Both the position numbers and the translations under genes were made by a program. The notes below the pieces were generated by a model, which ran no database searches, had not been told where the DNA came from, and saw nothing but the letters and a program-made list of their open reading frames with translations. A stretch of 64,000 nt of DNA. It comes from the human T2T-CHM13v2.0 reference genome, Homo sapiens. Each line of letters starts with the position of its first letter. Positions within the stretch are counted from its first letter, which is position 1. The DNA lies in assembly GCF_009914755.1 (NCBI RefSeq), contig NC_060944.1; one strand, 5' to 3'. Positions 60,308 to 64,000 of the stretch are shown here, in pieces.

Positions 60308-60384
60308 CTTTTGTCTTTCTATTTCAATTTCTTCTTCTGGAGATGTGCCATCTTTTGCAGATTTTACCGATTTTTTATTTATAC
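60308..60384 (-). CDS. ESF1: ESF1 antepenultimate coding exon (77 nt; (G)INKKSVKSAKDGTSPEEEIEIERQK)
   Basis: Read manually because it is too short for the ORF track. Acceptor gtgccag|GT ATA, donor AAG|gtaaaa; 2+75 nt, in frame with the next exon. Confidence 0.92.
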
Positions 60385-60429
60385 CTGGCACAACAAACCA
60401 ACATAAGAGTGGTAAAAATTACAGGACTA

Positions 60430-61200
60430 TCAGCAACATTCTGTTTATACTAGGAACAAAAATATAAGATATCTAGGAATAATCTTAACAATAAATGTGT
60501 TGAAACTAAAAGAAAAAAACACGTTACTGAAAGAAGACTGTGGGTATATGAATGGAATAAATACAATGCTTCTGCATGGAGTGACTGCATGTTACAAAGG
60601 AAGAATTTCTTTCAAAGTAATGTATAATTTACATTACCAATTAAAAAAGAAAAACCATAGATCATTTCCACAGATACAGAATAAGCATGTCCATAAACAT
60701 AAGAATACTGATTAACATTCAACATCCATTCATAATAAAAGTAGTATACACATTTAATGAAATTCTAAATAAAAAATTCCATTCAAGGAAATCTTTACAA
60801 AGATTACATAGATTCCATGTACTAGTGACATAGTGTATTAACGTGTACTGAAAAGTGAAAATAACCAAAAAATTCCTACACAATAAAAATGATGAAACAG
60901 TATATAATAAAATATAGCATCATCATTAGAAACAGAAAAGATTGTTTAATAACTGCTGTTGAGCAATTTGTTTCATTCTGGAAAAAAAAGATCAAATTAA
61001 AGCCTTATCTCATAATACATAAGAAAATAAAACGCAGGTGAATTTAAGAGTTAAATATCAAACAAAATAAAACAAAGAACCCCTATGAGAAAATACAAGG
61101 GAACAGCTACTGTATCTTAAATAGAAGAAATATTTTCTTAGCATAAGAATACTGGAAGAGACAAAGAAAAAACCCCCAAGTGATTTGAATATATAAACTC
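60430..61200 (+). mobile_element. Degenerate L1M fragments (intronic)
   Basis: atatctaggaataatcttaac; ccttatctcataatacataagaaaataaa...ttaagagttaaat. Confidence 0.55.
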
Positions 61201-62196
61201 AACACTATATATCAAACTCTCATCTGCAAAATGAAAAAACTTATCTTTATAATAATAATTTGACAGTCACTACCTGTAAATATAAGTTTTAAAAAACGCT
61301 TTCTCCTTCTCTGAAGACAAATCTGATCTTTAGTGAACTTTCTAGCTCTATTACCAGGCAATACCACCAGGTAAAGTGGTTCCTGACTGGAAAATAACAT
61401 GTATTGGGGTCTCTAAATGCTTATAACTTTGGGCTTCCTTGATACCGTGACTCCTGTAACTGGTAAAACAGGGATCTGGAAGCTATGTCTAGGTGCTGTT
61501 AAAAAGCTCTCAGTTCCTATTTGGAACGTGAGACTTCTCGCCCAGGGTGACTACTGTACACTGTGTCTCCTTTCCTTGTACCCAAGCTGTACTGCTGAGT
61601 GAACTGCCGTGAAGACTCGATGAAGAGAAACACCCAATACTGCCCTGCTGTGTTTCCTGGGCTAACTACCCATGAGAGCCAAGTGTGACCCACTCAAGCC
61701 TTTTGTTTGACCACCTAGAGAGCCTAAGAAAATCCCCCGCTGGGCACTGTACCACCCTCAGCAAGTCATCTTTGGAACAATATGAAATCCTATGCCCCTA
61801 GATGTGATATAATATGAAAGATAAGCATTGCCTATGAAGTATGCTTGCCAAAACCATTCAACATGAATCTAATGGAACCACTCGTCTAACTTCCAGTTTA
61901 TGGAAAATATAGTGGACCGAGTGGCAAGGAACAGATACATCTAGAATATAAGACATTCCAAAAGATCACTAGCCTGGGTTCTTGAAAGGCAAATGTTATG
62001 GGAGGGGGAAGTGTATATGGTATCTTCTAGACTATAGTGAACTAAAAAGACTACTATTAAATATGTCTATTATATAGTAACATCTTGTATAAATACATTT
62101 TTATGATATACCATAAAAGTATATGCATACAAAAGTAAAATGGCAAAATGTTAACAACTGCCAAACACAGGTGCTGTTCACTGTATTATTCTCTCA

Positions 62197-62564
<368 letters not shown>

Positions 62565-62684
62565 CTAATATCTTTCACTTATAAAGATTTCATGTAAATG
62601 AAAATATTAACACAGAGCAAAGAGAATTCACAGACAAAACCAAATGGTCAATAAACAGAAGGAAATTATTTCGCCTATCTCACA

Positions 62685-62970
62685 AATGTTAACTGAGCAC
62701 TTATTATGTTGCGATCACAGCTCCAGGTGCTGGTGACACAAGCCGTGAACAAGAGGTTAAAATCGTCTCTCATGTAGTATACCTTCACGTTGGGAAAGAC
62801 AGAGGCAAAGCAGGACAGAAGGGTTGGAGACTGAATGAGGGGGCTGGTTTTGTTAGGGTAGTTAAGGAAGGCCTCTTCAAGAAGGTGACACACAAACAAT
62901 GACCTGGATGAAGCGAGGGAGGTGATATGTGAGAACACCTGAAGAAGGGTGTGGCAGGAGAAGGGAATGG
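62685..62970 (-). mobile_element. L2 3' fragment
   Basis: caaatgttaactgagcacttattatgt...ggaaggcctct...gaaggtgaca. Confidence 0.7.
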
Positions 62971-63969
62971 TCAAGATGGTTGAAGAATTGCAGCTAATGG
63001 GGTAACATGATAAGCAAAACCTAAAGTCAAAAGAGGCTTTAGAAACTCCTCTGTGTGTATTAAGTCCCTGCGAATACTCTTGCACACCTGTCCAGTAGAC
63101 ATGCCCAGCCAAGAGAACATGCCAGCATAAAAGTGCTGCCAGGCTTGCCTATCAGTGCTACCAAGCCATTTGTTTTGCACTTCCAAGAAGAAATATTTAT
63201 TGTATGCAGCCCTTCTCCCTAGAGAAAATGCTCCTCATCACTGGTCCTATCTGAAATTTTTTTCAGGGAATAATATACGAATCTTAAGAGTATAATCTTT
63301 CTCTGTCTTAATGTATGTGTATGTCCTTACACATATAAATATCATCAAGGTTCCACTTGCTTAGGGTATGAACCCCCCATTCCCTAAATTTACCACTGCT
63401 CCTATGCTCTCAAGCCAAGAGCTCCTTTTGAAATGAATGGACAAATGACATATGCAAAATATTATTCTGTAGCAGGGAGAAAATTAGACTGTATATAATT
63501 AATATTTAAAGCAGATAAAGATCTTCACATACAGCTGTGGAAAATAATTTCAAAAAGCCCACAATAAACTATTTCAGATTTTATAACAACCTGGTGAAGA
63601 GTCTTAAAAATAAACTTGAAAGGAGGACTGTAATAAGGGAGAAAGAAAAAAAAATCCCCAAGATAGGGCTAAACATGATATCCGGTTTTAGCATGAAGAA
63701 AATTTCTTTGCTAACAAAGAATTTACTATGATGTTAGACTGAATTGTTTAGTGAAAAGATAAACAATGCATACAGATGATTTCTGCACTGTTAATAAGAT
63801 CAAATATTAAGAGATCACATCTATATTTTTTTAAAAAACATTTTTTCCTCCCTGGAAAAATTTCAGACTTAAGTTAGATGAACAGTACTAGGGAAATGAA
63901 AGTTTGTGTTCTAAAATATTGTCTTTATTTTTCAGTCAATCTTTTGTCAAGTAAGGAACCACATCTCTA

Positions 63970-64000
63970 GCTGGGTGTGGTAGCTCACACCTATAATCCC
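63970..64000 (+). mobile_element. Alu 5' end, cut by the window edge
   Basis: gctgggtgtggtagctcacacctataatccc. Confidence 0.85.

Overview
Primate (catarrhine, probably hominoid) genomic DNA. The right end holds the last three coding exons and 3' UTR of ESF1 (nucleolar pre-rRNA processing protein, NUC153 domain) on the minus strand: 60308-60384, 58768-58914 and 56278-56571. All have GT-AG boundaries and one continuous reading frame. The remaining ~55 kb is repeat-dense sequence downstream of ESF1; in human I recall this interval lies between ESF1 and TASP1 on 20p12.1. It carries about 50 Alu copies or fragments, L2/MIR, old L1M pieces, a 2.2-kb 5'-truncated L1PA, MaLR/ERVL LTRs, hAT and Tigger MITEs, and large polypurine microsatellites. 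Nearly all ORFs in the track derive from Alu, L1 or microsatellites. I found no evidence of a new protein-coding system. The most unusual observations are: (i) a nested cluster at 44.6-52.5 kb where one old L1M hosts a rare SVA2 element, a 33-nt U2 snRNA retrocopy, and an Alu split by an L1PA; (ii) an apparent ancient local duplication (L2 tail-MLT-MIR) at 20.2 kb and 24.1-25.2 kb; (iii) an old LTR16-like fragment inside a younger MST LTR; (iv) several template-switch scars; (v) inverted Alus flanking two ESF1 exons, a circRNA candidate. Repeat subfamily names are from recognition of consensus motifs, not from a search; boundaries of old repeats are approximate.
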